NCBI GenBank assembly: GCA_029564765.1
Contig: JAKQPK010000013.1
Span: 125,753-189,752 of the forward strand
Length of the DNA: 64,000 nt
Reading direction: 5' to 3'
Source: Candidatus Omnitrophota bacterium
Lineage (GTDB): Bacteria > Omnitrophota > Gorgyraeia > Zapsychrales > Aceulaceae
Part shown: piece by piece, positions 1-9,699 of the stretch
Position numbering within the stretch: the stretch's first letter is position 1
Layout of the letters: every line of letters begins with the position of its first letter
Program-made: the position numbers and the translations under genes
The notes under the pieces: model-generated
Databases searched by the model: none
What the model saw: only the letters and a program-made list of their open reading frames with translations
Told to the model about the DNA's origin: nothing

Positions 1-1
1 A

Positions 2-499
2 GATCTCTATCAGGTCTTAGAGGTCTGGTATCCTTTTTATCGGCTGCGCGAGGAAGGGCACGATGTTGTCATTATTGGGACAGGAACAAAGAAACAATAT
101 GGCAGCAAGGAAGGCTATCCTGTGGATGTTCATTTTTCGATCGATCAAGTTGTTGCGACGGATTTTGACGCTGTGGTCATTCCAGGAGGATGGGCTCCGG
201 ATATCATGCGGCGTTATGAAAAAATGGTGATGTTTGTCCGCGACCTTTATCAACAAGGAAAGGTCGTCGCCTCGATCTGTCATGGTGGTTGGATGTTGGT
301 TTCTGCTGGCATTTTAAAAGGAAAGAAAGCGACAAGTTTTTATGCGATCAAAGATGACCTGATCGCGGCTGGCGCGCATTTTGAGGATAAGGAAGTCGTG
401 GTCGACAGTAATCTTATCACCTCGCGCAAGCCTGACGACTTGCCGCGATTCACTCAAGAGATCATTCAACAGCTCAAGGGACCATATGTTAAAAGTTAA
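2..499 (+). CDS. pfpI: PfpI/DJ-1 family protease/deglycase (5' end outside window)
   Basis: Frame open from base 2 (DLYQVLEVWYPFYRLREEG...); motifs IPGGWAPD, ASICHG (nucleophile Cys) and ITSRKPDDLP. Confidence 0.9.
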   Translation, partial: DLYQVLEVWYPFYRLREEGHDVVIIGTGTKKQYGSKEGYPVDVHFSIDQVVATDFDAVVIPGGWAPDIMRRYEKMVMFVRDLYQQGKVVASICHGGWMLVSAGILKGKKATSFYAIKDDLIAAGAHFEDKEVVVDSNLITSRKPDDLPRFTQEIIQQLKGPYVKS

Positions 500-2042
500 G
501 CGTGTTTTGATCAGTGTTTCAGATAAAGCGGGCTTGGTGGATTTTGCCAAGGGGCTGAGATCGTTAGGCGTCGAGATCCTGTCTACGGGGGGGACCGCTA
601 AGTTGTTGCGTAGCGCGCATATGGATGTTCAGGAGGTTTCGGATTACACAGGATTTCCTGAGATGCTTGATGGACGCGTAAAAACTTTGCATCCGGCTAT
701 TCATGGCGGCCTTTTAGCTGTTCGCGATAATCCCCAGCACATGAAGCAAGTTGCCCAGCAGCATATTGGCCTGATCGATATGGTCGTTATCAATCTTTAT
801 CCGTTCGAGAAGGTTAGCCAGAAGCCAAGCGTTCATCTGGATGAGGCGATCGAGAATATCGATATTGGCGGCCCTGCGATGTTGCGTTCCGCTTCTAAGA
901 ATTTTAAACATGTCGCGGTTGTTTGTAATCCTGAAAGATATAAAATGATCCTGCAGGAGCTGAATAACAATAGCGGGATCCTATCCGACCGCTTACTTTT
1001 TACCCTTGCTGTTGAAGCTTTTGAGCATACGGCCCGTTATGATAGTATTATCCATCATTTTCTTGACCAACGTTTGCAGGGGGCTGATCTATCATCTTTG
1101 CCTAAAAGCCTCGCGTTTCATTTTACGAAAATCCAGGATTTGCGCTATGGAGAGAACCCTCATCAGCCGGCTGCCTTTTATAGGGATGCCGGAGTTCCTA
1201 CGGGTCTTGCAAAAATGAAGCAGCTCCACGGCAAAGAGTTGTCGTATAACAATATCCTTGATCTAAATAGCGCTGTTATGGCGATCAAGGATTTTTCGAA
1301 TCCTGCTGCTGTTGTGATCAAACATAATAATCCTGCCGGTCTCGCCGAGGACAAAAATCTGGCCAAGGCTTATCGAGCCGCGTTCGCCTGCGATCCTCTT
1401 TCTGCTTTTGGTGGCATTATTGGGCTGAATCGTTGTGTTGACCTTGCGACCGCAAGATTGATATCAAAAAGTGGCTTCATGGAGTGCGTGATCGCTCCAG
1501 GTTTTGCCGTTGATGCTTTGAAATTATTGAAAGAAAAAAAGAATGTGCGCATGATCGAACTTGATTTTAATGATCTGAAAGCGAATGATTTTGATTTTAA
1601 GAAAGTAAAAGGCGGATTACTTTTTCAGAAAGAAGACGATATTCAGCTTAGCGCCTTAGATGTAAAGGTCGTTTCCAAAGCAAAGCCGACAAAAGCGCAG
1701 ATGATGTCTTTGTTGTTCGCCTGGAAAGTCGTTAAGATCGTGAAGTCCAACGCTATTGTCCTTGCCAAGGGGTGCCGTGTCGTTGGTATCGGAGCTGGTC
1801 AGACGAGCAGGGTGGGAAGCGTGGAGATCGCGATCAAGAAAGCCGGCAAAAATGTACGCGGTGCTGTTTTGGCATCAGACGCATTCTTTCCGAAGGTCGA
1901 CAATATTCAGCTCGCTGCCAAGGCTGGAATCAAAGCGATCATTCACAGCGGCGGATCTATCGCTGATGAAGAGGTGATCCGTGAAGCTGATCGCAAAAAG
2001 CTTGTGCTGATCGCAACGGGCGTTCGTCATTTCAAGCACTGA
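486..2042 (+). CDS. purH: Bifunctional AICAR formyltransferase/IMP cyclohydrolase
   Basis: LISVSDK, STGGTA, GRVKTLHP, ENIDIGG, LRYGENPHQ, ASDAFFP and C-terminal RHFKH; start taken at ATG 486 (MLKVKRVL). Confidence 0.97.
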   Translation: MLKVKRVLISVSDKAGLVDFAKGLRSLGVEILSTGGTAKLLRSAHMDVQEVSDYTGFPEMLDGRVKTLHPAIHGGLLAVRDNPQHMKQVAQQHIGLIDMVVINLYPFEKVSQKPSVHLDEAIENIDIGGPAMLRSASKNFKHVAVVCNPERYKMILQELNNNSGILSDRLLFTLAVEAFEHTARYDSIIHHFLDQRLQGADLSSLPKSLAFHFTKIQDLRYGENPHQPAAFYRDAGVPTGLAKMKQLHGKELSYNNILDLNSAVMAIKDFSNPAAVVIKHNNPAGLAEDKNLAKAYRAAFACDPLSAFGGIIGLNRCVDLATARLISKSGFMECVIAPGFAVDALKLLKEKKNVRMIELDFNDLKANDFDFKKVKGGLLFQKEDDIQLSALDVKVVSKAKPTKAQMMSLLFAWKVVKIVKSNAIVLAKGCRVVGIGAGQTSRVGSVEIAIKKAGKNVRGAVLASDAFFPKVDNIQLAAKAGIKAIIHSGGSIADEEVIREADRKKLVLIATGVRHFKH

Positions 2043-2047
2043 TCTTC

Positions 2048-3421
2048 ATGGCTGACTTTGCTACAACTTATCTTCGCTCCTTTATCAATTATGAACATGG
2101 CAATATCCCTTCCGATTTAAAAGCATTTCAGTTAGATCACATTCAAAAGCTTTTAGATCGTTTAGGTGATCCTCATAAGGCCTATCCTGTTATTCACATT
2201 GTTGGCACAAAAGGAAAAGGTTCGACAGCGATCTTCTTGGCTTCAGTCTTGAGAGAGGCGGGTCTTAAGGTAGGCCTTTATACCTCGCCACATTTGTATG
2301 ACGTCAAGGAGCGCATTCGCGTTTTAGCGCCACAAGCTGCGCGCAGGCGGAAAGAAACAGCGTTCGAAGGAAAGATCTCTTGCTCGGCTTTCGAAAGGAT
2401 TCTTAAGATCCTTAAGCCTCAGATCGATCATATGCTTCAGAGAGAAGCACTTGGACAGATAACGTTTTTCGAGGTCGTGACAGCGACGGCATTTTATTTC
2501 TTTGCGCAACAACAGGTCGATGTTGCTGTCCTTGAGGCGGGATTGGGAGGGCGCCTTGACGCTACGAATGTTAGCGCTTCTGATCTATGTGTCATAACAC
2601 CTATCAGCCTTGATCACATGGCGCAACTGGGAAAAACCAGGCAAAGCATTGCTCGCGAAAAGAGCGCTATTATTAAGAAAAGTACACAGGCTATTTTTCT
2701 TTCGCAGCAAACCCCGCAGGTGAATAAGGTCATCTATCAGGTGGCAGAAAAGTATCAGACCCCTGTTTTTCAGGTTGGCTGTCAGATCCGTTGCCGTGTT
2801 TTGCGACAAGGCTTGGACAGGACATGTTTTTCTTTGCGCATGCAAGATAAAGAGTGGCTAAAGCTTCAGGTTCCTCTTTTGGGTTCTCATCAGGCTCAGA
2901 ATGCTAGCTTGGCGGTAAGCGTGGCTTGGCATTTTTTAAAACAAAAAGGCATACAAGCCCGTAAGGCTATTGAAAGAGGGCTCGCGAACGCTGTTTGGCC
3001 TGGGCGCTGCGAGATCGTGAACCACCGCCCATATGTTATTGTTGATAGCGCGCATAATGAGGATTCTATGAGAAAATTTTTATCATCCATCAAAACTCTA
3101 TTTCCGGGGCGCAAGGCATGGATCATTTTTGGAGCGTCGCATGACAAAAATATTTCCAGCATGCTGTCCATGTTGGTCCCGCACGCCAAGGCTATTTGTT
3201 TAACGCGCTCCCGTCATCCGCGCTCATTTGATTTTAACGGCAAGATCCGGATGTTTAGGTCCTGGCAGAAGAATCCCGCAATTTTCTCTACAGCATCAAA
3301 TTGTTCTATTGCTTTGCATCGTTTTTTGAAGAAAGCCAGAAAACAGGATATAATCTTAGCGACAGGCTCTGTTTTTATCGCCAGTGAAATACGAAAATAT
3401 GCACATACTACACGTAAATGA
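2048..3421 (+). CDS. folC: Folylpolyglutamate synthase/dihydrofolate synthase
   Basis: HIVGTKGKGST, YTSPHL, EAGLGGRLDATN, WPGR and DSAHN motifs. Confidence 0.95.
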   Translation: MADFATTYLRSFINYEHGNIPSDLKAFQLDHIQKLLDRLGDPHKAYPVIHIVGTKGKGSTAIFLASVLREAGLKVGLYTSPHLYDVKERIRVLAPQAARRRKETAFEGKISCSAFERILKILKPQIDHMLQREALGQITFFEVVTATAFYFFAQQQVDVAVLEAGLGGRLDATNVSASDLCVITPISLDHMAQLGKTRQSIAREKSAIIKKSTQAIFLSQQTPQVNKVIYQVAEKYQTPVFQVGCQIRCRVLRQGLDRTCFSLRMQDKEWLKLQVPLLGSHQAQNASLAVSVAWHFLKQKGIQARKAIERGLANAVWPGRCEIVNHRPYVIVDSAHNEDSMRKFLSSIKTLFPGRKAWIIFGASHDKNISSMLSMLVPHAKAICLTRSRHPRSFDFNGKIRMFRSWQKNPAIFSTASNCSIALHRFLKKARKQDIILATGSVFIASEIRKYAHTTRK

Positions 3422-4799
3422 TACGATCGCCGCGATCGCGACACCGTCCGGTGAAGGCGGCATAGGCATTGTCCGTGTGAGCGGCGCTAAATCTTTTGAG
3501 ATCGCGGATAAGATCTTTATTGGTCCGTCCTTGAAGAAGCCTTCTTGTTTTTCAACGCACACCGTTCATTATGGGCGCATTGCTGCTCAATCCCAAGACA
3601 CATTTAATTTTGTTGATGAAGTTCTTTTGATCCCGATGCGCGCTCCTAAGACGTATACCCGCGAAGATATGATAGAGATCCATTGTCACGGAGGTCTTGT
3701 AGCCGTTCGCGCGGTATTGAATCTTGTTTTACAGCAGGGTGCCCGGTTAGCAGAAAGAGGGGAATTCACGAAAAGAGCTTTTTTAAGTGGCCGTATCGAC
3801 TTAGCCCAGGCAGAAGCTATTTTGGACATCATTCAGGCAAAAACAGATATCTCGTTACGATCGAGCGTTCGTCAGCTCAAAGGTGAACTTACCCTGGAGC
3901 TTGAAGCTTTAAGAGAGAACTTGGCGGATATTTATACTCAACTGGAGGCGATCGTTAATTTTCCTGAAGATGATATCGACACAACAGAGTATGAGAGTTT
4001 GCAAGAAAAGAATCGTGAAGCTTGTGTGCGCGTGCGAACGCTTTTTGAGTCAGGGCAGGAAGGACGGATCTTGAAAGAAGGGGCTAAGGTCGTGATCTGC
4101 GGCAAACCGAATGTTGGAAAGTCTTCTATTCTAAACGTTTTGCTGCGTCAGCCGCGAGCGATCGTAAGCCCTCTGGCTGGGACGACTAGGGATACGATCG
4201 AAGAGCTAGCCCAGATCAATGATGTCCCTGTTCAGCTCGTAGACACGGCGGGTATCCTTCAGCCGCGGGATGCAGTTGAGCAGGAGGCCGTGCATCGTAG
4301 TCGTTTGAATATCGAAAGCGCTGATCTTGTTCTTTTTGTCCTTGATATTTCAGAAAAGGTGGATAAGAGAGATGAAGAGATCATAAGGGCCATTGAGAAA
4401 AAGAATGTGATCCTGGTCTTTAATAAAAGTGATCGTCCTGTGGTCTTGGACATTGAGGAAGTGCAAAGAAAGTTGCCTGAGTGTCGATCGGTCAGCATTT
4501 CCGCTCTGCAAAAGAGCAATATTGAGCAGCTAAAAGAACAGGTCGTCAGCAATCTTTTGCATGGACACCCTTTGGATCCCCACCGCCTTTTCATTCATAA
4601 TGCTCGTCAGCTAGAAGCGCTTAGTCAGTGCCTTCAGGCTCTTCTTCGCGCTCAAGAAGCTTTCTGTGAACAGATCCCCCCTGAGTTTATCGCTGAAGAA
4701 ATAAGAACGGCCATTCATTACCTTGACCAGATCACAGGCAAGGATATCAGCCAAGATATTTTAGAGAGGATCTTTGAATCGTTTTGTATTGGAAAATAG
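3399..4799 (+). CDS. mnmE: tRNA modification GTPase MnmE/TrmE
   Basis: DTIAAIATP, GKPNVGKSS (G1), GTTRD, DTAG, NKSD and C-terminal FCIGK. Confidence 0.97.
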   Translation: MHILHVNDTIAAIATPSGEGGIGIVRVSGAKSFEIADKIFIGPSLKKPSCFSTHTVHYGRIAAQSQDTFNFVDEVLLIPMRAPKTYTREDMIEIHCHGGLVAVRAVLNLVLQQGARLAERGEFTKRAFLSGRIDLAQAEAILDIIQAKTDISLRSSVRQLKGELTLELEALRENLADIYTQLEAIVNFPEDDIDTTEYESLQEKNREACVRVRTLFESGQEGRILKEGAKVVICGKPNVGKSSILNVLLRQPRAIVSPLAGTTRDTIEELAQINDVPVQLVDTAGILQPRDAVEQEAVHRSRLNIESADLVLFVLDISEKVDKRDEEIIRAIEKKNVILVFNKSDRPVVLDIEEVQRKLPECRSVSISALQKSNIEQLKEQVVSNLLHGHPLDPHRLFIHNARQLEALSQCLQALLRAQEAFCEQIPPEFIAEEIRTAIHYLDQITGKDISQDILERIFESFCIGK

Positions 4800-4801
4800 C
4801 G

Positions 4802-5551
4802 TCAGAAGTTTTCTTTGAGCGTGTGGTTGTAAAGATCCAAAAGTTTTTGGACAAAGGCTTTGTCTTTCAGAAGAGCTTGGATCTTAGGATTAGCGATAAG
4901 GCGCGCGACATCTTTTTCTTCGATCAGCTTTGTGATCCTTTCATCTTGCAGAATGGCCTGTAATTTTTCGTCATAATAGATCGCTTGTATATTTTCATCA
5001 GGCATGGTCCTGTCACCTTGAGCGCCTTCTATGCTCGATGCAGTCGATTGCAATAATAGATCAGGCTGCTCATGTATTTTCTTTAACGCTTGATAGATCG
5101 GATAGCGAGAGAAAATCTTGGATTCAGCTAGCGTGTATGTCCAGGACTGCTCCGTGATCCTTTTTGCTTTTTTAAAGAAAGGCTTATCGACGCGGACCAT
5201 AACGAACAAGAACATGATCGACAGCATCAGCGACAATGACCAGCCAAAGCCGATCATGGCACCTAGTCCGCGGCTCAGTAAGTTGCAACGTTTGGTCTTG
5301 GTGATTATGCGGTTCCAAACAGAAAGGCCGATCCATAAAAGGATCGACAGGCCGGTAGATAGCAAAAAGAATATCTTTAAGCTTTCTAGGATGTCGTAGT
5401 TGCCTCGAAAAGATGTCAGGGCGATCTGGCTGCTGATCAACAGTGCCGCAAATGCCAAAGCAAAGCGCATGATACCCTGCACCCAGCCTAAGCAAGTAAA
5501 GTAAAGGACTGCGAGAATAACGACAATATCCGCTTGGTTCATTATATCCAT
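4802..5551 (-). CDS. CvpA (colicin V production) family membrane protein with soluble C-terminal extension
   Basis: N-terminal D-hydrophobic-GWVQG, about 4 TM helices, and SRGLGAMIG resembling the CvpA DRxLGxxFG motif. Confidence 0.65.
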   Translation of the reverse strand: MDIMNQADIVVILAVLYFTCLGWVQGIMRFALAFAALLISSQIALTSFRGNYDILESLKIFFLLSTGLSILLWIGLSVWNRIITKTKRCNLLSRGLGAMIGFGWSLSLMLSIMFLFVMVRVDKPFFKKAKRITEQSWTYTLAESKIFSRYPIYQALKKIHEQPDLLLQSTASSIEGAQGDRTMPDENIQAIYYDEKLQAILQDERITKLIEEKDVARLIANPKIQALLKDKAFVQKLLDLYNHTLKENF

Positions 5552-5691
5552 ATATTAGCTCCGCTCACTTTCACTATAACTGAAACATTGTATCCAATCA
5601 AGAAGCAAACGCTTAATCTCTGCGAAGATGTGTTATGAGATTTCTTGGAAAGGATTATCAATTAGTCTATAATATAAAAAAAGGAGGGTGT

Positions 5692-6009
5692 ATGCGTGCT
5701 CATTATTTCATTATGGTTGCTGTTTTCTTGATAAGCGTTAGCGCTTGCAGCCAGATGCAAGTTGGCTACCTTTCTGCAAAAGCGATATCTGCTACCAATG
5801 CTGGAAATTTCGCCAAGGCAGAAGAGTTATATTTAAAGATCATAGAACTTGAGCCAAATGTTGCAGATCATCATTGGCAGCTTGCGGGTGTTTATATCGC
5901 TTCTCGACAGAAAGCAAAGGCCCAGAAAGAGATCCAAGTCTTGCGACGCCTGGGAAGGGATGATCTCGCGGATCAGCTTTTTATTATTATGAATAAGCCA
6001 GATGAATAG
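5692..6009 (+). CDS. Small TPR-containing probable lipoprotein
   Basis: SD AGGAGG before ATG 5692; lipobox-like VSAC; TPR pattern AEELYLKIIELEPNVADHHWQLA. Confidence 0.7.
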   Translation: MRAHYFIMVAVFLISVSACSQMQVGYLSAKAISATNAGNFAKAEELYLKIIELEPNVADHHWQLAGVYIASRQKAKAQKEIQVLRRLGRDDLADQLFIIMNKPDE

Positions 6010-6011
6010 TT

Positions 6012-6275
6012 TTAGGGTGCTGCTTGGGGTGCTGTGATCATTGAAAATGCAAAATAAAGGATCAGCGCGACAAAGGGAATGGCAAGGAGGATGAGGACCG
6101 CTTGAACGATCTTGCTTGTTGTTTTCGAGGTTTTTATCTTTTTGTTACGGATTTCTATGGATTTCTGATGTTGTGCACGATACTCTTCAAGGCTGACCTG
6201 TTCCAAACCCTTTGGTAAAGGCTTTTTTTTCTGATCTTTAGGGGATATCTCTTCTTTGGTCATCGGGCTCATCAT
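6012..6275 (-). CDS. Hypothetical protein with C-terminal TM helix
   Basis: 87-aa ORF filling the gap; charged N-terminus and one hydrophobic helix. Confidence 0.55.
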   Translation of the reverse strand: MMSPMTKEEISPKDQKKKPLPKGLEQVSLEEYRAQHQKSIEIRNKKIKTSKTTSKIVQAVLILLAIPFVALILYFAFSMITAPQAAP

Positions 6276-6356
6276 CTTTCTGGAAAAGTGGAATTACTAT
6301 ATCATAAGCAAAAAAATGCTTCAATATGAATTATGGTATTTTTTCCGGTCAACACC

Positions 6357-6385
6357 TTGATTCCACCTAAGAGATGTGTTATATT
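6357..6385 (+). promoter_or_regulatory. Probable sigma70 promoter of the PilZ genes
   Basis: TTGATT-N17-TATATT with TG extended -10. Confidence 0.5.
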
Positions 6386-6440
6386 TAGCTTAGCCACGAA
6401 GCCACGAAAGAATTTAAAACCACAAAAGGATGGTTAGTCT

Positions 6441-6761
6441 ATGAATAAGCGGGAAAATCCACGCTACGATTGTCGTGTTCCGCTCATGGATGAGCGCAGG
6501 GAAACCCTGAGCAGCAGCTACACTACAGATATTAGCCGCACAGGGGTTGGCTTCGTTTCAACACGATTCATTCCTGTTAATAGCAAGCTTATGGTCGAGA
6601 TCGCTTTAACTCGAGAGGAAAACCCGATGCTGGTTCAGGGACGGGTTCAATGGATCGAAAAGATCCCTCATTCGTCCAATTTCCGGATCGGAATGAATTT
6701 TTCAGATATTTCGTCAAATGCGCAATCGCGCATTGCAGAGCATTTTAGCGTTTCTGCTTAA
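6441..6761 (+). CDS. Stand-alone PilZ-domain protein
   Basis: RENPR (RxxxR) and DISRTG (DxSxxG) c-di-GMP motifs; GRVQW...IGMNF strand pattern. Confidence 0.9.
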   Translation: MNKRENPRYDCRVPLMDERRETLSSSYTTDISRTGVGFVSTRFIPVNSKLMVEIALTREENPMLVQGRVQWIEKIPHSSNFRIGMNFSDISSNAQSRIAEHFSVSA

Positions 6762-6793
6762 TATTTAAAAGCCACGGGGAAAGAGAATGCCCC

Positions 6794-7132
6794 TTGAAAA
6801 ATCGACTCAGTAGCAACCAGCGCCTTTTTGAACGCGTAGAGGTTCGTTTTCCTGCCCGCTTAAAGACTCTCCAAGCCTCTGAAGAGCGTGATATCGTTGT
6901 CAAAGATTTCTCTCCTGAAGGCATCAAGGTTCTTACGCACCAACGCCTTTCATTGTTTGATCGTCTGTCACTTTCATTGACGCCCATTGACGGATCCAAT
7001 CCCGTCCTCATGGATGGTTATGTCGTGTGGACAGGCAAGGATAACTCTGATAATTGGCATGCGGGGATCAAATTTAACCAAGTTGACCTGTTAAAAGCCA
7101 ACCGCATCATTGAATTTTGTCAGCGCTCTTGA
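6794..7132 (+). CDS. Stand-alone PilZ-domain protein
   Basis: RLFER (RxxxR), DFSPEG (DxSxxG), GYVVW...AGIKF; TTG start. Confidence 0.88.
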   Translation: MKNRLSSNQRLFERVEVRFPARLKTLQASEERDIVVKDFSPEGIKVLTHQRLSLFDRLSLSLTPIDGSNPVLMDGYVVWTGKDNSDNWHAGIKFNQVDLLKANRIIEFCQRS

Positions 7133-7159
7133 CAGATATCCAGAATCAGAAATAAAATC

Positions 7160-7189
7160 TTGACCAGCCCCCAAGCATCGTGTTAAACT
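7160..7189 (+). promoter_or_regulatory. Probable sigma70 promoter of the GH94 gene
   Basis: TTGACC-N18-TAAACT with TG extended -10. Confidence 0.45.
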
Positions 7190-7243
7190 CACTTCTCAAT
7201 TTATATTAAATATACAATTTAACCCCTCAACCCACTATTACAT

Positions 7244-9664
7244 ATGCAATACGGTCATTTTTCTTCAGATAGCACAGAGTACATTATCACTAATCCTCAG
7301 ACGCCTTTCCCGTGGATCAATTATTTAACCAACGATCATTACTGTTCCATCATCTCTCAATGTGCCGGTGGTTATAGTTTTTATCGCGATTGCCGTACCA
7401 ATCGCGTAACACGCTGGGCTCCGGAAAATTATAATTTTGATCGACCCGGTAAATATATCTTTTTGCGCGACGAGAATGGCAAGGCTTGGTCAGCGACCTA
7501 TCAGCCTATCCGCCAAAAACCTACATCCTACGCCTGTCATCACGGATTAGGATATACGACCATTCGCTCAAAGAATTTTGGTGTTTTATCCGAAGTGACC
7601 TATTTTGTTCCCGAGGACGATGATTGTGAGCTTTGGATCGTCACGCTGGAGAATACGACATCCAAGACGAAAAAGCTCGAAGTTTTTCCCTATGTTGAAT
7701 TCTTGCTGGGCGATTATCAGGAAGAGTTGCGCTATCGCAATATCATGAATCTTTATAATCGTATTTGGTTTGATAAAAAGCAAAAAGCGATCTTTGCCAA
7801 GAAAACAGCTCAATGGGCGGGCATGAACATTCAGCCGTTCTCAAGCTTGATCTTTTTTGCTTCTTCGCTGAACCCGCAAGGTGCCTGTACGCAGAAGAGA
7901 GCTTTTTTAGGTCGTTATAATAACGAGGAAAGACCACAAGCCGTCCTAGAAGGCAAATTCCAGGATTTTCATCTTTGCTCTGGCGAAGATGGCATAGGAT
8001 CTTTTAAGCATACTGTTACACTAAAACCTGGCCAGCGCATGGAGTTTACGGTTGTTTTGGGCCAGACAGAGAAATTAAGCACTCTTAAAAAGCGTCTGGT
8101 TAATTATAAAAGCGTTGCCTATGCTAAAAAAGAGCTCACCAAGACTAAAAATATTTGGCGTGAACGTATTGTGGGTAACATTGAGGTTCAAACACCCGAT
8201 AACGAATTCAATACGATCGTTAATGTTTGGCTTAAATATCAGATGTATATTTGTAATATTTGGTCCCGTTCTCCGAGCTTCTTCCATGAAGGATCCGGCG
8301 GGCGAGGCTACCGAGATTCCTGCCAGGATTCTGAATCCATTGTTTCCATCAATTCAGCCTTAACGAGAAAAAAGATCTTGAAGATCGCTTCTTTGATCCG
8401 TCGCGACGGGACATCCGCGCCAGGGTGGTCAGAGACAGTTGGGCCGCACAAATTTCTGCCGAACAAAGATCATCAAGTTTGGCTTACGGCGACTGTTTGT
8501 GCGTATATCAAAGAAACAGGGGATGTGGACATTTTATCGGAGCAGGTTCCGTATATTCGCGATAAGTGGGTTGGCGGCTGGCACGAAGATAAGAATTGGA
8601 AAGGCCCGGCCAAAGAAGATGGCACAGGAACCCTTTTAGAGCACTTAGAAAAGAATCTTAGTTTTTGTTTTTCTGATACAGGTGCGCGAGGATTTCCTCT
8701 GATCGGTCACGCGGATTGGAATGATGCGATCGATGCTGCTGGGATCAAGCATAAAGGGGATAGCGTATGGCTGGCCCAAGCCTTGGTACGGTCTTTGCGT
8801 TTATTCGTTGACCTGTGCGAATTTATTGGCGAAACAGAAAAAGCGCGTAAATATTGTCAGATGGCTGACGTGATGGATAAACGTGTTAACGACAAGGGCT
8901 GGGATGGGGAATGGTATTCGAGAGGGTTCGATGATAACGGCCAGGTTTACGGCAGTCGCAAAGATAAGGAAGGGAAGATCTTTTTAAATACGCAAGCTTG
9001 GGCCGTTCTTTCAGGCGTCGCTAAGGACAAAAGGCTTAAGACGGTATTAAAGAGTGTTGATAAATATCTTAACGGACCTCATGGGCTGGCATTGTTCTAT
9101 CCAGCTTTTACTTCGTGGGTTAAGCGTTTAGGGCGTATTAGCATGTTCTCAGAAGGCACAAAAGAGAATGCGGCTGTTTTTTGTCACGCGGCAACGTTTA
9201 TGGCTGTTGCGTACGCAATGATCGGGCATGGTGATAAGGCTTATGAGGCGATGAAAAAGGTCATGCCTAACGCCCAAAAGGACATGGAGCTTTACAAAAC
9301 AGAACCTTACGCTTACGCTGAATATCTTGTCGGTCCTGGGAACCCCTATCGTTATGGTGAAGGAGCGTTCACATGGATCACCGGTACTGCTGGCTGGAGT
9401 TTTATGGCTGCGACAGAATGGGTCCTAGGTGCCCGTCGAGATTTTAATGGCTTACGTATCGACCCCTCGATCCCTCATCACTGGAAAAAATGCTTCATTC
9501 GCCGTCCATTTCGGGGCAGTGTCTACGAGATCACGATCGAAAACCCCAAAGGCAAAGAACATGGCGTCCAGGCTGTCTTTTTAGACGGAAAAGAGCTTGA
9601 TACTAACTTGCTTCCGGCTCTTAATGACGGCAAAACGCATCGCGTTAGGGTTGTTTTAGGATAA
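7244..9664 (+). CDS. GH94 glycoside phosphorylase (cellobiose/chitobiose phosphorylase-like; specificity not determined)
   Basis: 806 aa; MQYGHF...TPFPWINYL start, GRGYRDSCQD, catalytic DWNDA, GTKENAAVFCHA and WITGTAGW. Confidence 0.93.
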   Translation: MQYGHFSSDSTEYIITNPQTPFPWINYLTNDHYCSIISQCAGGYSFYRDCRTNRVTRWAPENYNFDRPGKYIFLRDENGKAWSATYQPIRQKPTSYACHHGLGYTTIRSKNFGVLSEVTYFVPEDDDCELWIVTLENTTSKTKKLEVFPYVEFLLGDYQEELRYRNIMNLYNRIWFDKKQKAIFAKKTAQWAGMNIQPFSSLIFFASSLNPQGACTQKRAFLGRYNNEERPQAVLEGKFQDFHLCSGEDGIGSFKHTVTLKPGQRMEFTVVLGQTEKLSTLKKRLVNYKSVAYAKKELTKTKNIWRERIVGNIEVQTPDNEFNTIVNVWLKYQMYICNIWSRSPSFFHEGSGGRGYRDSCQDSESIVSINSALTRKKILKIASLIRRDGTSAPGWSETVGPHKFLPNKDHQVWLTATVCAYIKETGDVDILSEQVPYIRDKWVGGWHEDKNWKGPAKEDGTGTLLEHLEKNLSFCFSDTGARGFPLIGHADWNDAIDAAGIKHKGDSVWLAQALVRSLRLFVDLCEFIGETEKARKYCQMADVMDKRVNDKGWDGEWYSRGFDDNGQVYGSRKDKEGKIFLNTQAWAVLSGVAKDKRLKTVLKSVDKYLNGPHGLALFYPAFTSWVKRLGRISMFSEGTKENAAVFCHAATFMAVAYAMIGHGDKAYEAMKKVMPNAQKDMELYKTEPYAYAEYLVGPGNPYRYGEGAFTWITGTAGWSFMAATEWVLGARRDFNGLRIDPSIPHHWKKCFIRRPFRGSVYEITIENPKGKEHGVQAVFLDGKELDTNLLPALNDGKTHRVRVVLG

Positions 9665-9699
9665 CACCCTCTTTTCGTTTCTAGCTTAAGATCAAGATC

